Origin: an uncultured Bdellovibrionales bacterium
GTDB lineage: Bacteria > Patescibacteriota > Minisyncoccia > Moranbacterales > DUUL01
Assembly: GCA_964421125.1 (NCBI GenBank)
Contig: CAYQVD010000005.1
Coordinates: 867-64,866, forward strand
Direction: 5' to 3'
Length of the DNA: 64,000 bases
A model generated the notes under the pieces. The model did no database searches. It was not told where the DNA came from and saw nothing but the letters and a program-made list of their open reading frames with translations. The translations under genes and the position numbers were made by a program. Below, one piece after another: positions 38,744 through 47,741 of this stretch (positions are counted from its first letter, which is position 1; each line of letters starts with the position of its first letter).

Positions 38744-41700
38744 TTATTTATTATTATCACACCATTTTCTGGCATTCTGAAACATTCGCAACCATGGCGA
38801 AAACTCATTACTTTTAATTTCTTCAGACATCCATGGCCATTGCCATTTCAGAAAAGATCTTTCTGGATGAGGCATTAATGCTAAATGTCTACCATCAGAA
38901 GAACAAAGTCCAGTGATTCCTTCTGGAGATCCATTAGGATTAAAAGGATATTTTTCAGTTTGGTTACCGGCATCATCAACAAAAGCAACTGCTACTGAAT
39001 TCCTCCCTTTAACATCAGAAAAAATCTTTTTATCTGGAAAATTAAGTCTTCCTTCGCCATGAGCTATCCACGTACCCAAAATTGACCCTGCCATTCCTTC
39101 TAGCATAATAGATGGGCTTTCTAAAATTTTCACATTAACCCATCTTGACTCAAAACGATTTGAAGTATTATGCACAAAACGTGGCTGAACTTCATCACTA
39201 ATTCCTCTCCAAGGAACCCAACCTAAAAGTCCCATCAACTGACAACCATTGCAAATACCCAGAGAAAAAGTATCTTTGCGATCATAGAATCTATCAAACA
39301 TTTCTCTAACTTCATTATTATAACGAATCGTACTAGCCCATCCTTTTGCTGAACTAAATACATCAGCATAAGAAAATCCACCCACAAAAACAATCCCCCT
39401 AAAATCGTCCAAGGCAACCTTTCCCTTCAAGAGATCCTCCATCACAACATCCCAGATATCAAATCCAACCGAATAAAAAGCACTGGTCATTTCTCTGTCA
39501 CCATTACTCCCCTCCTCACGAATAATGGCAACTTTTGGCTTATTTTCATTTTTCAAAACCTCTTCAGATGTTTGATTAGGCGTAAAAGTCAATTTATTAA
39601 TAGGATTTTCACGATCGAAAATATTCTCTTTTTCCTCCTCGGCATTTGCCGGATTTATTTGCAATCTTTCTAATTGATAACTAGTTTCCTCCCAGACTTG
39701 TCGAAGTATACGCATGTCTTCATCGAGGACAATTTTGTTATTAAATTTTATATTTACATTATTATCTTTTATAGTCTCCCCTAATCGAAATGAATTTTCT
39801 GAAATATTATATTTGCTCAAAACTTTTTTCAAATTATCGATCTGATTTTTCTTGATCTCCAAGACTAATCCAAGCTCTTCATTCAAAAAGTAAGAAAGAA
39901 CATCAACATCTGATAAGTCGTAATTGATCTTAAATCCGCAGTTACCAGAAAAAGCCATTTCCAGTAAAGTGGTAATCAAGCCTCCATCTGATTTATCATG
40001 TCCAGCCAATATAATATCTTTATCAATCATTTCTTGAACAGCTAGAAAAGAATTCTTTAAAATATCAACATCGACATCTGGTGATTCGTCACCAATTTGA
40101 TTTAAAGTTTGGGCAAAAGCTGATCCACCCATCCTAGTCTTTCCTTTCCCTAAATCAATGAACCATAAATCGCTTTCTCCGGCCTTTTTTATATCAGGAG
40201 TAATCACCTTTTCTATGTCAGGAACTGTTACATAAGCTGAAATAGCTAACTCCCCTGGTGATTTTACAATCTCTTCTCCAACCTTAGCAGCCATTGACAA
40301 ACTGTCCTTGCCACCATCAATTGCAATTCCTAAATCAATCATTAAATCACGCATAGCCGTAGCTGCATCATAAAGCCTACTAGCTTCACCAGGAAGCTTA
40401 GCTGCCCACATCCAATTTCCAGAACATTTTATATGCTCTAAATCGCTTATTTTTGCCCATATTATATTTGTTAAAGCTTCTCCAACGGCCATTCTTGCTC
40501 CAGCTCTGGGGTCAACAATCATTTTAATCGGTTGTTCTCCTATGGAAATAGCAGCTCCAGATTTACCAAAATGGCTTTGGGCAATAACGGCTACATCAGA
40601 AACAGGCAACTGCAACGGACCACAGCATTGCTGTTGTGCAATTAACCCAGTAACACTACGATCAACTTTATTAGTAAGGAATCTTTTTGATCCAACAGAT
40701 AAAAGCCTGAGAACATTACTTAAAACATCTTTTAACAATAAATCTTTTGAGAAATCAAAGGGCTTTAATTCTCTTTTTTCTTTTTTATCTTTAAATACTT
40801 TCTGTGGCATCTCTCCTAATATTTTTTTAAGCTCGAGATCAACAACAATTGAATCATCCTTACTATCTACCAATTCTATCTTACCATTTCCTGTAACTTC
40901 TCCAAGAATCTCACAATTAGTTCTTTCTCTCTTGCAAATCGCTTTAAATTCATCAATTCTTTCAGGAGAAATTAATAAGGCATTTCTCTCTTGAAATTCA
41001 GCTCCCCAAATTTCAAGAACCGAAAGTGTGTTATCTCCAATCTTAACTTTCCTTATATCCACTTTGCCTCCCACAGGCTCTACAATTTCCGTGACAACAT
41101 TGCAAGGTCCACCAGCACCTTGATCATGAATACTGATAATTGGATTTTTATCTCCGAGCTCAACACATGTTCTCACTACTCTGTTCATCTTTTGTTCCAT
41201 TTCAGCATCTCCTCTTTGAACTGCGTTAAAATCAAGATTAGAAGCATTCTCTCCCTGAATCATACTAGAAGCAGATCCTCCTCCCATTCCAATTCTATAT
41301 GCTGGACCTCCGATTTGAATAATAACCATGCCCTTTTTCGGCTCATCCTTTTCAATATGTCTATTGTCCATTTGCCCAACTCCACCTGAAAACATAATTG
41401 GCTTTAAATATTCTTGACGTTCACCACCAGGCAATTCCATACCAAATGAACGAGTATACCCCTGAATAACAGGTTCACCAAATTTATTCCCATAATCAGA
41501 AGCTCCATTGCTGGCCTCTATCTCTATCTTTAATGGAGACGCTAAGTTTGCGGGATACTTAAAATCTTTATTCTCCCAGGGTAAATTATAATTTGGAATA
41601 TTAAGATTTCCAACGCAATACCCAGTAGTTCCTGCAACAACTAATCCTCCCTTCCCAATCCCCTCTACATCTCGAATTCTTCCACCACCACCAGTTTCTG

Positions 41701-42559
41701 CTCCGGGAAACGGAGCTACTCCTGTTGGGAAATTGTGAGTCTCGGCTGTAAATATGACATGATAAGTTAATTTCTTCTCCTTAAAAGATGAAGAATGCCC
41801 TGGTTTATCTGGAATTATTGTTAAAATTTCATAACCCTTAATTGCACTGGAATTATCCTTAAAAGCAATCAAACTATTTTTAGAATTAGCATCAAGAGTA
41901 GAAAAAACAACCTGTAATAATGTTTCAGGCATTTCTTTTCCATCAATAACTATTTTGCCCTTAAAAAACCAATGCCTTGAATGCTCACTATTGGCTTGTC
42001 CAAGCTGAAAACATTCCACATTAGTTGGGTTTCTTCTTATATCCTCAACAAATAGTTTGTAATAAAAATTTTCATCCCACTCATCCATTCCAAGACCCAT
42101 GTCTTTGTTAATTTTTCCCAAAGCTTTTATTCCCTCTTCTATTAACGGAATTTCAAAAATTTTCTCAGACTCAATTCCTGTTTCAAAACTTTCTAATTTT
42201 TGAGAATAAACACATTCTGTCATCGGATCTTGATTTTTTTCTATAAACTCTTTTTCGTTCACACCGCCTGAGAGCAAATAACGTTTTGATCTCTCAATTC
42301 TTTCCACGTTTTTCAATCCACAAGCATGACAAACAGAAACCGCATTTGTAGAGAACGCAGTAGCAAAATTAAGTCTCGGTCCAATTTCAATAACATCCTC
42401 ATCTTTAAAAATCGATCCAGTCTTAACTTCATCTACTAAAAAACCGTTAGCCAGTATATTCTTCAAAATTAGAACCTCATCTTCAGATAATTGAGCTGCT
42501 GTTTGAACATTAAAACAATATTCTAATTCCTCCTTCTTCTGACAAAAAAAATGATACAT
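38744..42559 (-). CDS. purL: Phosphoribosylformylglycinamidine synthase, large single-chain type
   Basis: NSEHSRHWFF, ETHNFPT, HDQGAGG and GGKDSLSM motifs; glutaminase motifs LGICNGCQ and MPHPER. Confidence 0.96.
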   Translation of the reverse strand: MYHFFCQKKEELEYCFNVQTAAQLSEDEVLILKNILANGFLVDEVKTGSIFKDEDVIEIGPRLNFATAFSTNAVSVCHACGLKNVERIERSKRYLLSGGVNEKEFIEKNQDPMTECVYSQKLESFETGIESEKIFEIPLIEEGIKALGKINKDMGLGMDEWDENFYYKLFVEDIRRNPTNVECFQLGQANSEHSRHWFFKGKIVIDGKEMPETLLQVVFSTLDANSKNSLIAFKDNSSAIKGYEILTIIPDKPGHSSSFKEKKLTYHVIFTAETHNFPTGVAPFPGAETGGGGRIRDVEGIGKGGLVVAGTTGYCVGNLNIPNYNLPWENKDFKYPANLASPLKIEIEASNGASDYGNKFGEPVIQGYTRSFGMELPGGERQEYLKPIMFSGGVGQMDNRHIEKDEPKKGMVIIQIGGPAYRIGMGGGSASSMIQGENASNLDFNAVQRGDAEMEQKMNRVVRTCVELGDKNPIISIHDQGAGGPCNVVTEIVEPVGGKVDIRKVKIGDNTLSVLEIWGAEFQERNALLISPERIDEFKAICKRERTNCEILGEVTGNGKIELVDSKDDSIVVDLELKKILGEMPQKVFKDKKEKRELKPFDFSKDLLLKDVLSNVLRLLSVGSKRFLTNKVDRSVTGLIAQQQCCGPLQLPVSDVAVIAQSHFGKSGAAISIGEQPIKMIVDPRAGARMAVGEALTNIIWAKISDLEHIKCSGNWMWAAKLPGEASRLYDAATAMRDLMIDLGIAIDGGKDSLSMAAKVGEEIVKSPGELAISAYVTVPDIEKVITPDIKKAGESDLWFIDLGKGKTRMGGSAFAQTLNQIGDESPDVDVDILKNSFLAVQEMIDKDIILAGHDKSDGGLITTLLEMAFSGNCGFKINYDLSDVDVLSYFLNEELGLVLEIKKNQIDNLKKVLSKYNISENSFRLGETIKDNNVNIKFNNKIVLDEDMRILRQVWEETSYQLERLQINPANAEEEKENIFDRENPINKLTFTPNQTSEEVLKNENKPKVAIIREEGSNGDREMTSAFYSVGFDIWDVVMEDLLKGKVALDDFRGIVFVGGFSYADVFSSAKGWASTIRYNNEVREMFDRFYDRKDTFSLGICNGCQLMGLLGWVPWRGISDEVQPRFVHNTSNRFESRWVNVKILESPSIMLEGMAGSILGTWIAHGEGRLNFPDKKIFSDVKGRNSVAVAFVDDAGNQTEKYPFNPNGSPEGITGLCSSDGRHLALMPHPERSFLKWQWPWMSEEIKSNEFSPWLRMFQNARKWCDNNK

Positions 42560-42565
42560 CTTTTT

Positions 42566-43102
42566 TTATGTTATATTTTTTAAAACAAACTCTAACCGCT
42601 CCTCTTTTGAACTCATTCTTGGAACTTTAATTAACGGGCAATTAAGTTTCTTGTAAATTTTTTCTAATAATTTCTGAAGTTTTTTCTGCTCCTTTTCGCT
42701 TTCCGTTCGGGCATAATCTTTTTTATAAGGCAAGATATCAAACAAGAAAACTTTTCTATATTCACATTTTTTTATTATTTCTTTCAAATATTCATCACTC
42801 ATAAGACCACACAACTCATAGTATGCATCGCTATCTGGTACTGCTCTATCGAAAAAAATTATCTCATCTTTCGACAGATTGTTTTCAATGTCAATTTTTA
42901 AATCCAAAATTCCTTTTTGAAATTTTAATTCATCCTTTCTAATCTCTTCTAGTGTACGCCCCTTACTAATTTCCTGATCAATATAAATCCTAGCAGTTTC
43001 ATAAATCACTTTATATCCTTTTTTTTCTAACAATTCCAATACAGAAGTTTTTCCCGAGTGAGGCGCTCCTGTCACTACATACCAATTATTCACTTTTGTC
43101 AT
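42566..43102 (-). CDS. AAA_28/NadR-like P-loop kinase/ATPase
   Basis: VVTGAPHSGKTS, ETAR and FFDR motifs. Confidence 0.82.
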   Translation of the reverse strand: MTKVNNWYVVTGAPHSGKTSVLELLEKKGYKVIYETARIYIDQEISKGRTLEEIRKDELKFQKGILDLKIDIENNLSKDEIIFFDRAVPDSDAYYELCGLMSDEYLKEIIKKCEYRKVFLFDILPYKKDYARTESEKEQKKLQKLLEKIYKKLNCPLIKVPRMSSKEERLEFVLKNIT

Positions 43103-43117
43103 TTTAAAAATAACTAC

Positions 43118-44443
43118 TTATTCATCTTGCGCCTCAATCATTATTTGTCTCTTCTGATATAATGCTGGATTTTTCTGTGCAAGAATTTCTGAAGCTAATA
43201 ATATAGCATTAGATTCCGGCCACACCGTAGCCAAAGGCACCTTGGATGGCATCCTAACGCTACTCCAAACATCCTCTGGAAAATCATCAATTGTTGCTGG
43301 AACTGCGATAACTGGCCATGATGTTCGAGCTGCTACAATTGGACCTAATCCATTACTTCTTCCCACCTTCGCTAAAACAACTCCGCCATCTGGATATTTG
43401 CCCAAAATTTCCTCTAACTTATTAAGAGCAATTTGTGTTGATTTGTGACCAGAAATTGTCACCTCCTCTACTGTCACTCCATTAACATTCTCTAATAATC
43501 CCAGTTCAGGCCAAGAGTCACTATCTGACCCTCTCCATAAAACTAACGTTTGCTTTGGCATCCGGAAATTTTTCGCAAGACTTGCAACAAAACCATATTT
43601 CTTCTCAACCTCATCCAGTTCCTCTCCCTGTCTAAAAGCTTCTTTGCTCAGCTCTTGCCAATCCGCATCTCGCAAACGCCAACTATCATTATCAATAACA
43701 TCAGCAACCAATAAATTTCCTTCATGATCAATCCCAAGTTCAATTTTCATGTCAATTAATCTATACCCGATAACACCCCACGCCCCTTCAAGTGTAAGAA
43801 AAACTTTTCTTGCAATTTCATCAATCTTGTCTACCATCTCTTTTGAATCACCTGGCAACACCCGTCCTGCATCAACCTGCCTTCCCAATTCCGCGCCTTC
43901 TTCCCAGGAAGGTTTTTTAGGATGACAAAGTTGCCAATTACTTTCAAGCGGATTTGAAATAAAAGGATCTTCTTCTCCTTTTTTAGGATCAAGCCCATCA
44001 ACTAATTTTTCACCTTTCTCTCCGATTAACTCCCCTTTTGTTGTTTTAAGAAATAGCTCTGTCACTAATCTATGAAACCTAAGGGGATTTTTTTCATTCT
44101 CCTGAGTAAGCTCTGGATGTCTCTTTAAAAAACTACCTACTGCAAATCTCCGAGAAATAACTTCCAATGGAATCATTTTGCAACTTGGAGCAACAAATTC
44201 ATTTAAAGAAATTTGAGAATGATAAGCAACTGGAATACCAGCCTTTTTTAATATTTCAAAAACCTGACACGTAACAGTAGTTGCGTGCTCAGCTTTTGTC
44301 TTAAATTGTTTAGTAAAAGAAGGATCGTCAAAAGCAGTAATATCATTTTTGTTTTCAATGATTACATTCTGATCATTGTTCTTGTCTTTCCAAACAATCT
44401 TAGTTTTACCCTCAATTATTTTTTCACCTTTTTGTTGTTCCAT
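43118..44443 (-). CDS. purC: Bifunctional SAICAR synthetase / class II AIR carboxylase (PurC-PurE fusion, PAICS-like)
   Basis: N-terminal EGKTK, DMKIELG and ADVIDNDSWRL; C-terminal GSDSD, SGHK, GRSNGLG and DVWSSVRMP. Confidence 0.9.
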   Translation of the reverse strand: MEQQKGEKIIEGKTKIVWKDKNNDQNVIIENKNDITAFDDPSFTKQFKTKAEHATTVTCQVFEILKKAGIPVAYHSQISLNEFVAPSCKMIPLEVISRRFAVGSFLKRHPELTQENEKNPLRFHRLVTELFLKTTKGELIGEKGEKLVDGLDPKKGEEDPFISNPLESNWQLCHPKKPSWEEGAELGRQVDAGRVLPGDSKEMVDKIDEIARKVFLTLEGAWGVIGYRLIDMKIELGIDHEGNLLVADVIDNDSWRLRDADWQELSKEAFRQGEELDEVEKKYGFVASLAKNFRMPKQTLVLWRGSDSDSWPELGLLENVNGVTVEEVTISGHKSTQIALNKLEEILGKYPDGGVVLAKVGRSNGLGPIVAARTSWPVIAVPATIDDFPEDVWSSVRMPSKVPLATVWPESNAILLASEILAQKNPALYQKRQIMIEAQDE

Positions 44444-45884
44444 CTTTTTTAATTTTATTTATTATTAATCTTGAGTAATCAACTATCTCCAATGATTTTT
44501 CCCTAGCATCTCCAATGTATTTTTCTGGCTCTTTTAATAATTTTAGAATTTCCATAGGAATATTATCTAGCACTTTCCTCAATTCATCATCCTCTTTTGC
44601 TAGATCCTCAAAAACATCTATTAAAAGCTTCTTACTTTCTTGTGCCTTAGGTACAATCTTATGATTAACCAATTCATGAGCATCCCCCTTGAATCCTGCC
44701 ATTTGAATAGCGATGTATAATGGTTCTGCTAGAATAACATTAGAATTTTTAGAAAAATTCTTACGACATGCTTCATCACTAACAAATATTCTTTCTAAAA
44801 ATGTTACACCTTCATTATTTTTCCTCAATAATGTATTCAGTTGGCATTGAAGATTTATAGGAATTATTGGATAATCACGAGAAACTGAACTTCCAACTAA
44901 ATCCCTTTGATGCTCACATATAAAACTGTCAAAAACTTTTCCAAATTCATTTTTTGTTTTTATCCACATCCCTTCTAGGTTTTCAAAATTAACCGGATTT
45001 CTTTTATGCGCCATCGTGGAAGATCCAACCTGTCCCTTTTCAAATGATTCCATAATTTCACCAATTTCACTTCTCATAAGATGTCTGCAATCTCTACCGA
45101 ATTGCCCCAAAACAGAAGACAGACAAACAGAAGAAAAAAGAAAGAAACCCAAAGGCTCAGGTGGAAGAATCTGCGTACTAATCCTAGATGATTTAAGTTG
45201 AAGCCTCTTTAAAACTTTTTCTTCAAATGATTCTTTGTCTTGAATCTTAGTGAACTGCAATCCAAATTGAGCATTATGTGCACCTACTGCCCCAGATATT
45301 TTGCCGACTAAATTATCACAATAAAGATCTATCTTCTCCCAATTATAGACAATCCGATTAAGTATTGTCGCTAACCAAAAACCCACAGTAATTGGCAATG
45401 CATGCTGACCGTGGGTTCTTCCAATTTGAATTTGTTTTGAATAATTTTCAACAAGTCCCATTAAAACTCCTGTTACTTCCACAAGCGACGGCCCTAGAGC
45501 CTCTTGATATGCATCCCTGAACTGCAAAATTCTTGCGGTATCAATTACATCGTAACTTGTCAATGGAATATGCAACCACTTAGCAATATCTTCATCTAAA
45601 ACCTCTTGTGCCTCTTTCACCCAAGCCCGAATATCATGTTTTGTTATCTCCCTCTCAGTTTTATCGACATTAGTAGTTTTAATTTCCAATAATCTTTGTT
45701 TTGCTTTTGCATCAAGCTTTTTAATCTCTTCCGTTGATATTACTCCAATCTCCGCCAATGTTTCTAATGTGGCAATTTCAACCAAGGCCACTTTCTTGTA
45801 AAGATTATCATAACCAAACATTGGTATCATCTCTTTCGGTTGATACCTTGGATTTCCTGGTAATGTCAAATTTAAGTTCTCCAT
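44424..45884 (-). CDS. purB: Adenylosuccinate lyase
   Basis: TKHD, GRTHGQHA, GAVG and GSSTMAHKRNP motifs. Confidence 0.9.
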   Translation of the reverse strand: MENLNLTLPGNPRYQPKEMIPMFGYDNLYKKVALVEIATLETLAEIGVISTEEIKKLDAKAKQRLLEIKTTNVDKTEREITKHDIRAWVKEAQEVLDEDIAKWLHIPLTSYDVIDTARILQFRDAYQEALGPSLVEVTGVLMGLVENYSKQIQIGRTHGQHALPITVGFWLATILNRIVYNWEKIDLYCDNLVGKISGAVGAHNAQFGLQFTKIQDKESFEEKVLKRLQLKSSRISTQILPPEPLGFFLFSSVCLSSVLGQFGRDCRHLMRSEIGEIMESFEKGQVGSSTMAHKRNPVNFENLEGMWIKTKNEFGKVFDSFICEHQRDLVGSSVSRDYPIIPINLQCQLNTLLRKNNEGVTFLERIFVSDEACRKNFSKNSNVILAEPLYIAIQMAGFKGDAHELVNHKIVPKAQESKKLLIDVFEDLAKEDDELRKVLDNIPMEILKLLKEPEKYIGDAREKSLEIVDYSRLIINKIKKDGTTKR

Positions 45885-46007
45885 ATCACTTTTTCATGAA
45901 GTATATCTTTAAATATATTCTAGCATAATTATTGCTAACAACAAAGTACTTTCGAAGTATTAACTCCTATTTCTTTATATAAACTCTAAATTAAATCATT
46001 AAGTAAA

Positions 46008-46049
46008 TAAAAAAGAAGGCAATCTTACGTTTAAGATCGCCTTCTCTTC
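46008..46049 (-). terminator. Terminator after the HAD gene
   Basis: AGAAGGCAATCTTA…TAAGATCGCCTTCT stem with an A run on +. Confidence 0.65.
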
Positions 46050-46066
46050 TAATACATAAATCTAAA

Positions 46067-47062
46067 TTAAAATGAAATAATTTCGTCAAAAGAACATCCT
46101 TTCTTAAAAAGTTCAATGCTTCTGCTTTCCAGGAAAAAATTCATTAACTCCGCCCAGTCTCCGAAAATGAAAGACTTTTCGCCAATTTTTTTTATTTCCG
46201 GAATACTTGGCTTAAAAAGCCCGAATGGGATTTCTGCATTTTCTGCCAAGACACCATCTTTTTTAGGATCATCACCAAACAAAATCATTCTTTTACGAGT
46301 TTTTCTCATAAGCTCGATATGTCTTGCATACTCGGAAAAGATTATCCCATCCCCTATCCATTTCGACTGAATTAAATCCAGCAAAAATGGAGACGGCTTA
46401 ACTCTCCCACTAACATTGCTTGGATACCGCCGGTTTCTCATATCATCATCCGTAACAGTGATTACCGGAAAATCAATGTCCCAAGCTTCGAATGTCTTCT
46501 TGATAAATTCATCATGCCCAGATGATAAAATAGCGAACTGAAACCGTTTGCCCGTTATTTTCTCAAGATGTGGTAGCAGCTCATAAAATGCTAAAAATCC
46601 TTTACATGGTCGTGGCCAAATCTGTCCACCATTTTGCATTTGCACTCCGACCTGTTTCATCAAAAAAGACAACTTAAACAGAACTAGCATCTCAGTTATT
46701 GTTCTCTTGATCAATTCTTCCTGATTCGACTTCCATTCCAATGAAAATCCTTTTCCCTGAGGTACCAATTGCTGAAGAGTTTTAGCTTCAGCATCAAAAC
46801 AAGCTTCAGCCCATTTAAACAAAGAACTCTTATTGTCACTTTTTTCGAAAATCAAATGGACAACTTCTTCTGGAGCCCTATTCTGGAGACCACCAACTTG
46901 GTTGAAAAGTTTCATTCCATAAGTACCAAGAACTTTTTCAATGGCCATTTCATATGCCTGACTTACACCAACACCATCAGGACATTTTTCAAAGGTGTTA
47001 GCCATTGTCCCGTCAAAATCACAAATAAATAAATATCCCAGATCTTTCATCATTTCAACCAC
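46067..47062 (-). CDS. HAD-superfamily hydrolase
   Basis: Motif I CDFDGT, II LSSG, III KP, IV GDDPKKD. Confidence 0.8.
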   Translation of the reverse strand: MVEMMKDLGYLFICDFDGTMANTFEKCPDGVGVSQAYEMAIEKVLGTYGMKLFNQVGGLQNRAPEEVVHLIFEKSDNKSSLFKWAEACFDAEAKTLQQLVPQGKGFSLEWKSNQEELIKRTITEMLVLFKLSFLMKQVGVQMQNGGQIWPRPCKGFLAFYELLPHLEKITGKRFQFAILSSGHDEFIKKTFEAWDIDFPVITVTDDDMRNRRYPSNVSGRVKPSPFLLDLIQSKWIGDGIIFSEYARHIELMRKTRKRMILFGDDPKKDGVLAENAEIPFGLFKPSIPEIKKIGEKSFIFGDWAELMNFFLESRSIELFKKGCSFDEIISF

Positions 47063-47269
47063 CTCCCTCTTTTAGAATTTTAAAAAATTTAAATGATGTT
47101 TCATTTTATTTTTATTATTTTTCAAAAAACAAAGAGCCGAGCACGACGCTAGACTCCCTCCTATTTCCTAAATTTAATACTAAAGGGTTTATTATTTAAA
47201 AGCAAGAAAATATTGGTTTATATTATTTTAGATGCTATAATTCATTAAAATAATTCTATTAAAAAAATT

Positions 47270-47701
47270 ATGAAAAAAGGAATTGATTATACTGGAATAT
47301 CAGTTTGTTATTTTTGTCATGACGGCAAGGGAGAATTCGTAATGATGAAAAGGGGCAAAAATTGTCGAGATGAAAATGACACTTGGGACACTGGGGGTGG
47401 AGCACTTGAATTTGGTGACAGTGTAATTAAAACTTTAAAAAAAGAAATCAAAGAAGAATTTTGTGCTGATGTAAAAGAACATGAATTTCTTGGCTATCAA
47501 GATGTTCATCGAGAACATGCTGGACAAAAAACTCATTGGCTCTCCCTTAACTTCAAGGTTCTAGTCGAAAAAAATCAAGTTAAAAATGGAGAACCACACA
47601 AGTTTGATGAAGTAAAATGGTTCACACTTGAGAATCTTCATGATAATCTTCACTCTTTTCTCCCAACTTTCTTTAAAAAATATAAAGAAAAATTGAGCTA
47701 A
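47270..47701 (+). CDS. NUDIX hydrolase
   Basis: Nudix box GGALEFGDSVIKTLKKEIKEE. Confidence 0.9.
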   Translation: MKKGIDYTGISVCYFCHDGKGEFVMMKRGKNCRDENDTWDTGGGALEFGDSVIKTLKKEIKEEFCADVKEHEFLGYQDVHREHAGQKTHWLSLNFKVLVEKNQVKNGEPHKFDEVKWFTLENLHDNLHSFLPTFFKKYKEKLS

Positions 47702-47718
47702 CAAAGCTCAATTTTTTT
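47688..47718. terminator. Bidirectional terminator
   Basis: AAAAATTGAGCT…AGCTCAATTTTT. Confidence 0.7.
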
Positions 47719-47741
47719 ATAGAAATGAAATCAATATTTTA

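Noticed and set aside
45885-46007. Purine or ZTP riboswitch upstream of purB
   Set aside because: No recognisable aptamer motif, and the likely promoter leaves too short a leader.
37376-47700. Integrase-type genomic island with att repeats at tRNA-Gln
   Set aside because: No duplicate of the tRNA 3' end and no integrase were found by eye; only proximity supports it.
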